Of a stretch of 64,000 bases of DNA, positions 9,049-18,247 are shown in pieces. The position numbers and the translations under genes are program-made. The notes under the pieces are model-generated. The model worked only from the letters and a program-made list of their open reading frames with translations, was not told the DNA's origin and made no database searches. Numbering within the stretch: position 1 is the first letter of the stretch; each line of letters opens with the position of its first letter. The stretch spans positions 320,001 to 384,000 of the forward strand of contig CAVVNQ010000008.1 of the NCBI GenBank assembly GCA_963749705.1. Reading direction: 5' to 3'. The stretch is from an uncultured Chloroflexia bacterium (GTDB lineage: Bacteria > Chloroflexota > Limnocylindria > Limnocylindrales > CSP1-4).

Positions 9049-10470
9049 TCAGCCGCTGGGCGACGACGTGGGGGTTGGGGCGGCGGTCGGTGGCGATGTC
9101 GGGAGGGGCACCCGGGTGGGGATCACGAGCTTGAGCAGCGAGGTTGCCACGCGGGTCGGGTCGACGGTTCCCTGGTTGGTCAGCACGACGATCGTGATCC
9201 CCTCGTCGGGCAGGTAGCGAGCTACGGTGCGGAAGCCGAGGTAGCGCCCGGAGTGGCCCAGCGCCGGCCAGCCGGCCAGCGTCGTCACCTGGATCCCGAG
9301 CCCGTACGGGACCCTGGCGTGCAGCGCCGGCGTCCGCCCGGCGTCGGCCAGCATCGCCGCCTGCATCGTCCCGGATAGCACCCTGCCGCCGGCGAACGCC
9401 TCCATCCAGCGAGCGGTGTCGAGCGCCGTCGACGCGATCGAGCCCGCCCCGCCGGCGGCGGTGATCACCGAGCGGAAGGGCATGACCTCGTCGCCGGAGC
9501 TGACGCGGATCTGGCGCGTGCTGCCGCCGGTGGTGGCGGTCCGGTAGCCGAGCGTCGTCGTCGCGCGGGGCCGCTCCGCAACCTGGTACCAGGTGTCGGA
9601 CAGCCCCAGTGGGTCCAGCAGCCGGTCCCGGATCTCGGTGGCCAGCGGCCGACCCGTGACGGCGGTCACAAGCTCGCCCAGCAGCAGGTAGTTGGTGTTG
9701 GCGTAGATCCAGGTGCTGCCCGGCTTCGCGTGCTTCGGGGTCAGGTAGGTCCATGACCTGGTCGGGGTCCACGCGGCGTCCGGCGCAGACTGGAGCGGCT
9801 TGTCGATCTTCGGGTTGAGGAAGAAGTCGGGCAGCCCGCTGGTGTGGTCGAGCAGCATCCGGACGGTGATCCGGGTGTCGAGCCGGTATGCCGGGAGCAG
9901 CGGCGCAACCGGCTGGTCGAGCGCCAGTCGGCCCTCCTCCACCAGCTGGAGGACCACGGCGGCGGTGTAGGTCTTGGAGATCGATGCGAGCGCGAACCCG
10001 CTGTCCGGCGTCACCGGTCGCTTGGCGGCGACATCGGCCAGCCCGGCGGCGCCGACCCAGCTCCGACCGTCGGCCCACAGGATCGCCACCGAGACCCCGG
10101 GCAGCTCGAGCGTCGACTGGAGCGTGGTCAGCCGCGCCTGGAGGGCATCCGCCGGGATGATCGCCGGACCGCCATACGGGCCCGGGTTGCCCGACGGTGG
10201 CGCGGATGGCGCGGTCGATGGATCGGGCGCGACGAGGGTCGGCGGGGCCGTGGTCGAAGGCGCCGGCGTCGTCCCGATCGTCGAGGTCGGCGTTTCGGTG
10301 GCGGAGCTCGAGCTCCCCGTTGCCCGAGCAACATCGGTCGCAACGGGCAGCGCCGCTCCGGCAAGCCCGCTTCCGATCAGCAGCGCGATCAGCACAAGGG
10401 CCGCCGTCAGCGCCGCTCCGACGGCCAGGCGGCGCGACCTCGACCTGGCGCCGGGCGACGGGTTCGGCAT
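9049..10470 (-). CDS. Exported serine hydrolase, beta-lactamase/PBP family
   Basis: N-terminal TM/signal, Pro/Thr linker, SISK (SxxK), YAN, GHSG motifs. Confidence 0.88.
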   Translation of the reverse strand: MPNPSPGARSRSRRLAVGAALTAALVLIALLIGSGLAGAALPVATDVARATGSSSSATETPTSTIGTTPAPSTTAPPTLVAPDPSTAPSAPPSGNPGPYGGPAIIPADALQARLTTLQSTLELPGVSVAILWADGRSWVGAAGLADVAAKRPVTPDSGFALASISKTYTAAVVLQLVEEGRLALDQPVAPLLPAYRLDTRITVRMLLDHTSGLPDFFLNPKIDKPLQSAPDAAWTPTRSWTYLTPKHAKPGSTWIYANTNYLLLGELVTAVTGRPLATEIRDRLLDPLGLSDTWYQVAERPRATTTLGYRTATTGGSTRQIRVSSGDEVMPFRSVITAAGGAGSIASTALDTARWMEAFAGGRVLSGTMQAAMLADAGRTPALHARVPYGLGIQVTTLAGWPALGHSGRYLGFRTVARYLPDEGITIVVLTNQGTVDPTRVATSLLKLVIPTRVPLPTSPPTAAPTPTSSPSG

Positions 10471-10552
10471 GATGGTGAGACCATAGCCCCCCGGCGCGAC
10501 GACCGCAGTTGCCGGCCGGCCCACTCCCCGAACCCGATGGTGTCACCCGCTC

Positions 10553-11770
10553 ATGCCCGACGACCGCAGCGCCGCCACCCTGCTCCGCGAGGTCGGCCTG
10601 ATGGCCGACGGCCCCGCCCTGTGGGGGAAGCCCGTGAGGCACGCCGGGCCGGGTGTCTACGTGGTGGAGCTCAACGACCCGGTCGCCGCCGCGCCGACCG
10701 ACCTTGCCGCGATCGGGAAGTGGCTGGAGCGAGTGCCTGACCTCCGCCTGGACGGCGTGCGGCCCACGTCGCGGGATCTCCAGCAGCGGCTGGGCGGGTG
10801 GTGGCTGCCGTCACAGCCGGTGCTGCTCATCGGGAGCACGGCGGGCTCGGTTGCGGGCCGGGTGGCCGCGATCACGAAGACCGTTCCCGGCAACCGCAAG
10901 CCCGCGGCGTCGGGGTTCTGGCTCCACTTCCTCCGCTCGTCCGCCGAGCTCCGCGTGTGGTGGGCATCGACCGACGCGCCGGAGGAGTACGAGGACGCCC
11001 TGGTCGACGCGTTCGCCGCTGGCGTGCCGGCCGCCGATCGCGCCGCGCTCCCCGACCCGTCGGTCGTCCTGCCCTGGGCCACCCTCCGCTCGCCGTCGGG
11101 CGTGCACAAGGCCACCGGGATCACCAACCCGCTGCTGCCCGAGGTCCGGGCTGCCGAACCGCAGCCCATCACCCGGATCGTCGATCTCCCTGCCGCGGAG
11201 GCCGACGGTGCCCGGGACGAGGCTCGGCGCGGTCGGCGCCCCGCTCCCGGCCGTGGCACCGGACGGGTAGCCGCGGCCGCCGCGTACGCGGCCCAGGGTT
11301 CGCCGCGCAGGGCCCCGGAGCCGATCTACCTGTCGCCCGAGGGGCTCGAGCGGATCGAGGCCGAGCTGGCCGAGCTGGTCGCCCAGCGACCCGAGGTCAT
11401 CAAGCGGATCGCCACCGCCCGCGAGCACGGCGACCTCAAGGAGAACGCCGAGTACCACGCCGCGCGGGAGGAGCAGGGGTTCCTCGAAGGCCGCATCAAG
11501 TCCATCGAGGCGAAGCTCAAGATCGCCGTGGTCGTCGCACCCACCGAGCGCGGTGCGCGGGTCGAGCTCGGTGCCCGGATCCGGGTCGAGGTCGACGGCG
11601 AGGAGGTCCGGATGCAGGTGGTGAGCTCGGCGGAGGCAAGCTCACGCGAGGGCCGGATCTCGAGCGCCTCGCCGGTCGGCGCGGCGTTGATGGGACGCAG
11701 CGTGGGCGACGTGGTCACGATCCGGACGCCCGGCGGCGAGATCCGGTACACGATCCTCGAGATCGAGTAG
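10553..11770 (+). CDS. greA: Transcription elongation factor GreA fused to a ~200-aa N-terminal GIY-YIG-like domain
   Basis: C-terminal HGDLKENAEYHAAREEQ and ISSASPVGAALMG; N-terminal PGVYVV...VLLIGST. Confidence 0.85.
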   Translation: MPDDRSAATLLREVGLMADGPALWGKPVRHAGPGVYVVELNDPVAAAPTDLAAIGKWLERVPDLRLDGVRPTSRDLQQRLGGWWLPSQPVLLIGSTAGSVAGRVAAITKTVPGNRKPAASGFWLHFLRSSAELRVWWASTDAPEEYEDALVDAFAAGVPAADRAALPDPSVVLPWATLRSPSGVHKATGITNPLLPEVRAAEPQPITRIVDLPAAEADGARDEARRGRRPAPGRGTGRVAAAAAYAAQGSPRRAPEPIYLSPEGLERIEAELAELVAQRPEVIKRIATAREHGDLKENAEYHAAREEQGFLEGRIKSIEAKLKIAVVVAPTERGARVELGARIRVEVDGEEVRMQVVSSAEASSREGRISSASPVGAALMGRSVGDVVTIRTPGGEIRYTILEIE

Positions 11771-11777
11771 CCGACGT

Positions 11778-12458
11778 TCAGGCGCGCTGGCCGGGACGGC
11801 CGCGGACCAGCGACAGCACGACCATCACCGCGCCCAGCCCGATCACCACGAACGGCAGCGCCTCGTCGAGGCCCGCGAGCCGTTCGCCGGACAGGCCGAT
11901 CGCGCCCTCGAAGAACAGGGCGAAGCCGAGGAACAGCCCGAGGCCGATGAGCGTCAGCCGCAGCCCGTCGCCGACGAGCTCGCGATCGCCGCGGGCCAGC
12001 CCGTAGACCAGCATCCCGAGGCCCGGACCGGTCGGCGCGACGAGCGCCCAGGCGTAGGCCCACGTCTCGTACAGCCCGTAGCTCTCCTGGACCCACAGCA
12101 CGAGGCCGACCATGGTCACGATGGCGCCGGGGATCGCCAGCCCGACGCCGCCACGCGGCGGGATGAACAGCGATCCGGTCAGCATGGCCAGGCCGGGCAC
12201 GATGATCCACAGCGGCCAGGCGTGCGCACCGAGGGTGATGTCCAGGACCCGGCCGACCAGGAACAGGGTGCCGACGATGACCAGGATGATGCCGCCCACG
12301 AGGGCGAGCTGCGGCGACCCCGGCGTGTCGGTACGGAACGGGGGCGGTGCGGCCGGTGTCATCGGCGTGGCTGGCGGCACCGGCGTCGTGGGCGGTGGTG
12401 TCGGCGCTGCCGGGGTCGGCTCAACGGGCGGCGGGGCGAACGGATCGGGCGTGGTCAT
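11778..12458 (-). CDS. Membrane protein (LiaI/LiaF-like TM repeats) with Pro-rich N-terminus
   Basis: Multiple TM helices, WPLWIIVPG motif. Confidence 0.75.
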   Translation of the reverse strand: MTTPDPFAPPPVEPTPAAPTPPPTTPVPPATPMTPAAPPPFRTDTPGSPQLALVGGIILVIVGTLFLVGRVLDITLGAHAWPLWIIVPGLAMLTGSLFIPPRGGVGLAIPGAIVTMVGLVLWVQESYGLYETWAYAWALVAPTGPGLGMLVYGLARGDRELVGDGLRLTLIGLGLFLGFALFFEGAIGLSGERLAGLDEALPFVVIGLGAVMVVLSLVRGRPGQRA

Positions 12459-12611
12459 CGACGGGCTCCCTCCTGCGGTTCGACGATGCTACTGCCCGCC
12501 ATCGCCCCGCTCAACGTCCGATGGGAGCGTTCGCAGCGGCCACCAGGCAGGTGTGCGACGGCGGCGCCGCGCGATCGTCAGCCGGGTTCGCGACGGCGGC
12601 GCCGCGCCACG

Positions 12612-13814
12612 TCAGCCGGCGCCCTCGCCCTGGACCTCGGACCAGCGGAAGCACCGCGTCACGTGGTCGTTGACGAGCCCGGCCGACTGCATCAGCGCGT
12701 AGCAGATCGTCGGTCCCACGAACCGGAAGCCCCGGGCGCGCAGCTCGCGGCTCATCGCGCGCGAGACGTCCGTCTCGGCCGGGATCTCGGCCATGCCGGC
12801 CGCGGCGTTGACCACCGGCCGATCGCCGACGAACGACCACAGGAGCGAGGTGAGCGTGGTCCCTGCGGCGTGCAGGGCCAGGGTCGCCCGGGCGTTGTCG
12901 ATCGCCGCCGCGACCTTGGCCCGGTTGCGCACGATGCCCGGGTCGTCCAGCAGCCGGGCGACATCGTTCGCGTCGAACGCGGCGACGGCCGCGGGATCGA
13001 AGCCCGCGAACGCGCGCCGGTAGCCATCGCGCTTGTGGAGGATGGTCGACCACGACAGCCCGGCCTGGGCACCCTCCAGGACGAGCAGCTCGAACAGGTG
13101 GCGCTCGTCGCGAACCGGCACGCCCCACTCCCGGTCGTGGTACGCGCGATACAGCGGATCCGGACCCTCCGCCCAGGCGCATCGGGTGGCGTCGCCGGCG
13201 GCCTCGCCGGGGGCATCGGGGCCGACCACGGGGGCGGCGTCGCGTGCGCCGGCATCCTCCGGGTCCGCGTGGTTGTCAATCGCTGCGTCGGGGGCCGCGT
13301 CATCGAGCCCGCGGAGGAAGGCTGCGATCCGGTCGAGCGCGTCATCGAGCACCGGCTTGAGCGAATGGCCGAGCTTCGGATACTCGACCAGGCTGCCGGC
13401 CGCCAACGTGGGCACGGCTGCCCGCAGCAGGTCGTGCCGGGCGAACGGATCCGAGGTGCCGGACAGGAGCAGGGCCGGGACGCGGATCCGGGACCAATGT
13501 TCCGTCCGTGCCGCCGCGGTCTCGGGCGCGCCTGGCCGGTGGAGCGGGTAGCTGAGGCAGACCAGGCCGGCGTATCGGCGGCTGCCGGCGGCGACGGCCA
13601 GCGATGCGACCCGACCGCCGTACGAATGCCCGCCGATCACGATCCCCGGCTCGTCGGGCACCTGGGCCTCGAACGCCGCAACCGCATCCTCGGCGCGACG
13701 TCGCGGGAGGTCGACGGCGTGGGCGTCGAAGCCGCGCGCTCGCAGGCCGTCGACCCAGGGCGCCATCGACGCCGCATTGCCCGATGCACCATGGCCGAGG
13801 TAGATCCGCGTCAT
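12612..13814 (-). CDS. tag: Fusion: alpha/beta hydrolase (KANL3/Tex30-like) + DNA-3-methyladenine glycosylase I
   Basis: GHSYGG, SYPLH, SDPF, GHSL in N half; RCAWA, YHDREWG, LEGAQAGLSW, FVGPTICY, NDHVTRC in C half. Confidence 0.88.
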   Translation of the reverse strand: MTRIYLGHGASGNAASMAPWVDGLRARGFDAHAVDLPRRRAEDAVAAFEAQVPDEPGIVIGGHSYGGRVASLAVAAGSRRYAGLVCLSYPLHRPGAPETAAARTEHWSRIRVPALLLSGTSDPFARHDLLRAAVPTLAAGSLVEYPKLGHSLKPVLDDALDRIAAFLRGLDDAAPDAAIDNHADPEDAGARDAAPVVGPDAPGEAAGDATRCAWAEGPDPLYRAYHDREWGVPVRDERHLFELLVLEGAQAGLSWSTILHKRDGYRRAFAGFDPAAVAAFDANDVARLLDDPGIVRNRAKVAAAIDNARATLALHAAGTTLTSLLWSFVGDRPVVNAAAGMAEIPAETDVSRAMSRELRARGFRFVGPTICYALMQSAGLVNDHVTRCFRWSEVQGEGAG

Positions 13815-13866
13815 CGGGCGACGGTACCCCGGCGGGCGGGTCGGGGTCGACCGGGCGCGAGCGCGG

Positions 13867-14733
13867 TCACAGCTCGCGGCGGCGGAACAGGGTCACCCCG
13901 GCGAGCAGGACGAGGGCGATCCAGGCCACGCTCCAGGCGACGAACGGCAGCGGCGGCGGCTCGCTCGCAAAGAACGGGTTCGCCTGCATCGCCTGGATGT
14001 TGCGGCCCGCCGCGGCCAGCAGCACCACCGGCGGCTCGAGGCCGTAGATCACGCCGCGCCACAGCCCATCGGTGGGGATCAGCACCCGGACGACGTCGGC
14101 ACCACCGGCCAGCGGCGCCGCGTCGAACGCGATCGCGATGTTGCCCAGCACGCCGGCGAACCAGCCGAGCCCGAACAGCACGACCGTGATGGCACCCGCG
14201 GCGATCGCCGGCAGCCGGGTGCCCAGGGTCAGCGCGACGGTCAGGACCGCGATCGACTGGAGCGCGAGGAAGCCGACCGCGACCATCGGCTGCGGCGGCA
14301 CGTGCCCGCTCACCAGTGCCACCACGGCGATCGCGAGCAGCCCGGACACGACGGCATACCCGGTGACCATGATCGAGAGCCCCAGCCAGCGGCCGACCAC
14401 GAGGTCGATCCGGCGCAGCGGCCGGGCCAGCATCGCGAGCACCGTCCCCGACTCCACGTCCGACGCGATGGCCGGCGCGGACAGGAACGCGGCCGACATC
14501 GCGAGCACGAAGCTGAACATGAATGCGATCAGGATCAGGACCTGGGACACGCCGATCCGGATCTCCAGCTCCTCGACGCCGTCGGCGCGGGCCGTGGTCA
14601 CCAGTCGCTCGACGCCCCAGCCGACGAGCACGACGCTGATCAGCGACAGCGCGAGCAGGACCCACAGGATCCGGCGCCGGACGATCTCGCGCAGGGTGAG
14701 GGCCGCGATCACCAGGACCAGCCGGGGGCTCAT
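13867..14733 (-). CDS. ABC transporter permease
   Basis: About 6 TM segments, DVESGTVLAMLARP motif. Confidence 0.85.
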   Translation of the reverse strand: MSPRLVLVIAALTLREIVRRRILWVLLALSLISVVLVGWGVERLVTTARADGVEELEIRIGVSQVLILIAFMFSFVLAMSAAFLSAPAIASDVESGTVLAMLARPLRRIDLVVGRWLGLSIMVTGYAVVSGLLAIAVVALVSGHVPPQPMVAVGFLALQSIAVLTVALTLGTRLPAIAAGAITVVLFGLGWFAGVLGNIAIAFDAAPLAGGADVVRVLIPTDGLWRGVIYGLEPPVVLLAAAGRNIQAMQANPFFASEPPPLPFVAWSVAWIALVLLAGVTLFRRREL

Positions 14734-15701
14734 CGGATCGTACCGTCGCTTGCGTGCCCGTCGCCGGCGTCCATGTCATCGCCGGGCGATCCGTCGCCCG
14801 CCCCGGCGGCGCGCACGACGTCGAGGAACGCGTCCTCGAGCGAGCGGCGCGCCGGATCGACGGCATGGACCCGACCGCCCGCGGCGACCACGGCCGCGAC
14901 GACGTCCGGGATGCGGGCCGGGTCCAGCGGCCGGATCGTCAGCCAGTCTCCCTCGCGGGCGAGCGGCCCGAACGGGCGCAGCGTCTCGTCGCCGATCGGC
15001 AGGTCGGTGACCCGGAGCCGCACGGCCGGCTCGCCCAGCAGGTCGCCCAGCGCGCCGGCGGCGACCACGCTGCCGCGGTTGACGATCGCGACCCGGTCGC
15101 ACAGGCGCTCCACCTCGCCCAGGAGGTGGGAGTTGAGCAGCACCGCGGAGCCGCGCTCGCGTGCCTCGCGGATGATCGCCCGTACGTCCTCGCGACCGAG
15201 CGGGTCCAGCGCGGACGTCGGCTCGTCGAGGATGACCAGCGCCGGGTCCCCGAGCAGGGCCGCAGCCAGGCCGAGCCGCTGCTGCATGCCCTTCGAGAAG
15301 CCGCCGATCCGGTCGCGGGCCCGCGCATCGAGCCCGGCGAGCGCGAGGACCCGCCCGATCTCGGGCTCGCGCGAGGCCCGCGGGAGGCCCGCGAGCTCGG
15401 CGTGCAGGGCGAGCACCTCGTGCGCGGACAGCCACGCCTGGTAGCGGAACATCTCGGGCAGGTAGCCGATCCGCCGGCGTGCCTCGCGGTCGCCGAGCGG
15501 GCGTCCGAGCACGCGGCCGGACCCCGAGGTGGGCCGCGCCAGTCCCAGCAGGAGCTTGACCGCGGTCGTCTTGCCGGCGCCGTTGGGACCGAGGAACCCG
15601 AACACCTCGCCCGGCTCCACGCGCAGGTCGAGCGCGTCGAGCGCCAGCGTCTGCCCGTAGACCTTGCGCAGGCCGTGGGTCTCGATCGCGGGCGGGATCA
15701 T
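14730..15701 (-). CDS. ABC transporter ATP-binding protein
   Basis: GPNGAGKTT, FSKGMQQR, ILDEP, NSH. Confidence 0.92.
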   Translation of the reverse strand: MIPPAIETHGLRKVYGQTLALDALDLRVEPGEVFGFLGPNGAGKTTAVKLLLGLARPTSGSGRVLGRPLGDREARRRIGYLPEMFRYQAWLSAHEVLALHAELAGLPRASREPEIGRVLALAGLDARARDRIGGFSKGMQQRLGLAAALLGDPALVILDEPTSALDPLGREDVRAIIREARERGSAVLLNSHLLGEVERLCDRVAIVNRGSVVAAGALGDLLGEPAVRLRVTDLPIGDETLRPFGPLAREGDWLTIRPLDPARIPDVVAAVVAAGGRVHAVDPARRSLEDAFLDVVRAAGAGDGSPGDDMDAGDGHASDGTIR

Positions 15702-15740
15702 GGGCCAATTCTCCGGCTTGCGGACGGATCCGTCCGGGTT

Positions 15741-15761
15741 CGTGACAGGCTAGGTGTCACG
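15741..15761. promoter_or_regulatory. Palindromic operator candidate CGTGACA-N7-TGTCACG
   Basis: Perfect 7-bp inverted repeat in the divergent intergenic region. Confidence 0.45.
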
Positions 15762-15813
15762 GGACGCGCCCAGTCTGGCGATCGTGACGACCAACCAGCC
15801 GGAGGCCCGAATC

Positions 15814-15951
15814 ATGATCTTCGTCGATTGCCCGCTGTGCGACCGGGCAGCCCCGCTCGACACGGCCGGCGACGCGCTGGACTGCCCCACCTGCGGGGTC
15901 CACCTCGACCTGGCCCCGGACGACGTGCCGGTCCTCGCCGCGGCCGCCTGA
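15814..15951 (+). CDS. Small Zn-ribbon protein (45 aa)
   Basis: GGAGG RBS at 15801; CPLC...CPTC. Confidence 0.7.
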   Translation: MIFVDCPLCDRAAPLDTAGDALDCPTCGVHLDLAPDDVPVLAAAA

Positions 15952-16031
15952 TCGGACGGCAACGCACGGACCTGCCGCGACGCGAACCACCCGCCGCGAC
16001 GCGGATCCGTGGGTGCACCGGCGTTGCCGGG

Positions 16032-17102
16032 TCAGGCGGCCGGCGGCTCACCCGAGGTCGCGACCACCGATGCGTCGAGCACCGGAAGTCCCGGGGCACC
16101 CTGCTCGACGAGCCAGCAGGCCGCACTCTGGCCACCGCCGACATCGAGCAGCGGCGGCTCCTCGACCTTGCACCGGTCGAACGCCAGCGGACACCGCGGG
16201 TGAAACCGGCAACCCGTCGGGACGTGCGCGGCGTCGGGCGTCTCGCCCACCAGGATCGTGCGGGTCGCACGGACGCCCTCGTCGGGCGGGTCCGGCGACG
16301 GGCTGACCGAGACCAGCGCCTGCGTGTACGGATTGCGAGGCGCCTTGATGATCCGCTGCGCCGGGCCGATCTCCATGATCTTGCCCAGGTACATCACGGC
16401 GATCCGGTCGGCAAGCACCCAGGCCAGCGACAGGTCGTGGGTGATGAACAGGTAGGTCAGCCCGCGCTCCTCGCGCAGGTCGAGCATCAGGTGCAGGAGC
16501 TCGGTGCGGATCGAGACGTCGAGCATCGACACGGGCTCGTCCGCGACCACCAGCTGCGGGTCGAGCACCAGCGACCCGGCGATCACGACGCGCTGGCGCT
16601 GGCCTCCGGACAGCTCGTGCGGGTACCGGTTGGCGAAGTCCGAGGCCGGGCGCAGGCCGGATGACTCGAGCGCGGACATGACCCGCTCCTCGAGCGCCGC
16701 CCGCCCGCGCACGATCCGGTTGACCTCGAGCGGCTCGGCCACGAAGTCGCGGATCGTCTGCTTCGGGTTGAGCGTCTCGTACGGGTCCTGGAAGATCATC
16801 TGGACTCGGCGGCGATACGGCCGCAGCGCGCCGACGCCCCACAGGTCGGTGACATCCTGCCCATCGAACACGACCCGGCCGCCGGTCTGCCGGGTCAGCT
16901 TGACGATCACCCGGCCGGTCGTCGTCTTGCCGCTGCCGGACTCGCCGACCAGCGCCAGCACCTCGCCGGCACGGATCGCGATGTCGATCCCGTCGACCGC
17001 GCGGACGAACCCCCGGGGTCGACGGCGCGCCGCGTCGAGCAGGCTGCCGCGAATGGGGAAGTGGACCTCCAGCCCCTCGAGCCGGAGCAGCTCGTCGCTC
17101 AT
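16032..17102 (-). CDS. Oligopeptide/dipeptide ABC importer ATPase (OppF-like)
   Basis: GESGSGKT, LSGGQRQR, GCRFHPRCP. Confidence 0.92.
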   Translation of the reverse strand: MSDELLRLEGLEVHFPIRGSLLDAARRRPRGFVRAVDGIDIAIRAGEVLALVGESGSGKTTTGRVIVKLTRQTGGRVVFDGQDVTDLWGVGALRPYRRRVQMIFQDPYETLNPKQTIRDFVAEPLEVNRIVRGRAALEERVMSALESSGLRPASDFANRYPHELSGGQRQRVVIAGSLVLDPQLVVADEPVSMLDVSIRTELLHLMLDLREERGLTYLFITHDLSLAWVLADRIAVMYLGKIMEIGPAQRIIKAPRNPYTQALVSVSPSPDPPDEGVRATRTILVGETPDAAHVPTGCRFHPRCPLAFDRCKVEEPPLLDVGGGQSAACWLVEQGAPGLPVLDASVVATSGEPPAA

Positions 17103-18247
17103 GAGGCAGCCTCGGCACCGGTCGCCGTCGACGGGGCTGTGGCGCGGCTCGGTTCAACGGCGGGCGTCGCCTCCGTCGGCGGGTACAGGTGGCAGGCCAC
17201 CCGGACGCCGTCGGCGAGGCGGACCTCGGGCGGCACGACCTCTGAGCACACCGCCATCGCGTGCTCGCAGCGCGGCGCGAACCGGCAGCCGGGCGGCGGG
17301 TTGCGCAGGTCCGGGATGGTGCCCGGGATCACGTCGAGGTTGCGCCGGTCGGTTCGGATGCTGGGGAACGCGGCCAGCAGCTTGCGCGTGTAGGGATGGT
17401 GCGGCTCGCGGAACACCTGTGACACGGGCCCTTCCTCGGCGACCCGGCCGGCGTACATGACCAGGACCCGGTCACACGTCTCGGCGATCACGGACAGGTC
17501 ATGGGTGATCAGCATCAGCGACAGGCCGAGGTCGCGCCGGAGGCGCTCGAGGAGCTCCAGGATCTGGGCCTGGACCATGACGTCCAGCGCGGTCGTGGGC
17601 TCGTCGCCGATGACCAGCGCGGGATCGCACGCGAGGGCCATCGCGATCATGGCGCGCTGGCGCATCCCACCCGACAGCTCGTGCGGGTAGGCGGACCCCC
17701 GCTTCTTGGGGATCCCGACCAGCTCGAGCAGCTCAGCGGCGCGCGCGAGCGACGCCTTCCGCGTCTGGCCCAGCCGGATCTCGACCGGCTCGGCGATCTG
17801 GTCGCCCACCCGCCTGACCGGGTTGAGCGCGTTCATCGCGCCCTGGAACACGATGCTGATCTCGCGCCACCGGTAGCGCAGCAGCTGGCGCTCCGTCTTG
17901 GGCACGAGATCGATCCCGAACAGCTTGACGCTGCCGGACCTGATGCGCGCATTGGGCGGCAGCAGCCGGACCAGCGACAGCGCGGTGGTGGTCTTGCCGC
18001 AGCCGGACTCTCCGGCGATACCCAGGGCCTCACCGTCGTTGACGCGGAACGAGACACCGTCCACCGCCTTGACGCTGCCGCTGGCCAGCCGGAAGTGGAC
18101 CCGCAGGTCCTCGACCTCGAGCAGCGGGGCGTCGGGATCGGCCTGCCTGGGCAGCGGCCACTGGCGCCGCTCGCGCAGCGGGACGAGGCGGGCGGCGGCC
18201 TCGCCCGGATCGGTGGCCTCGGGGCGCGGGGCGATCAGATCGGTCAC
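17099..18247 (-). CDS. Oligopeptide/dipeptide ABC importer ATPase (OppD-like)
   Basis: GESGCGKT, LSGGMRQR, DEPTTALD; GTG start overlapping the upstream stop. Confidence 0.92.
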   Translation of the reverse strand: MTDLIAPRPEATDPGEAAARLVPLRERRQWPLPRQADPDAPLLEVEDLRVHFRLASGSVKAVDGVSFRVNDGEALGIAGESGCGKTTTALSLVRLLPPNARIRSGSVKLFGIDLVPKTERQLLRYRWREISIVFQGAMNALNPVRRVGDQIAEPVEIRLGQTRKASLARAAELLELVGIPKKRGSAYPHELSGGMRQRAMIAMALACDPALVIGDEPTTALDVMVQAQILELLERLRRDLGLSLMLITHDLSVIAETCDRVLVMYAGRVAEEGPVSQVFREPHHPYTRKLLAAFPSIRTDRRNLDVIPGTIPDLRNPPPGCRFAPRCEHAMAVCSEVVPPEVRLADGVRVACHLYPPTEATPAVEPSRATAPSTATGAEAAS

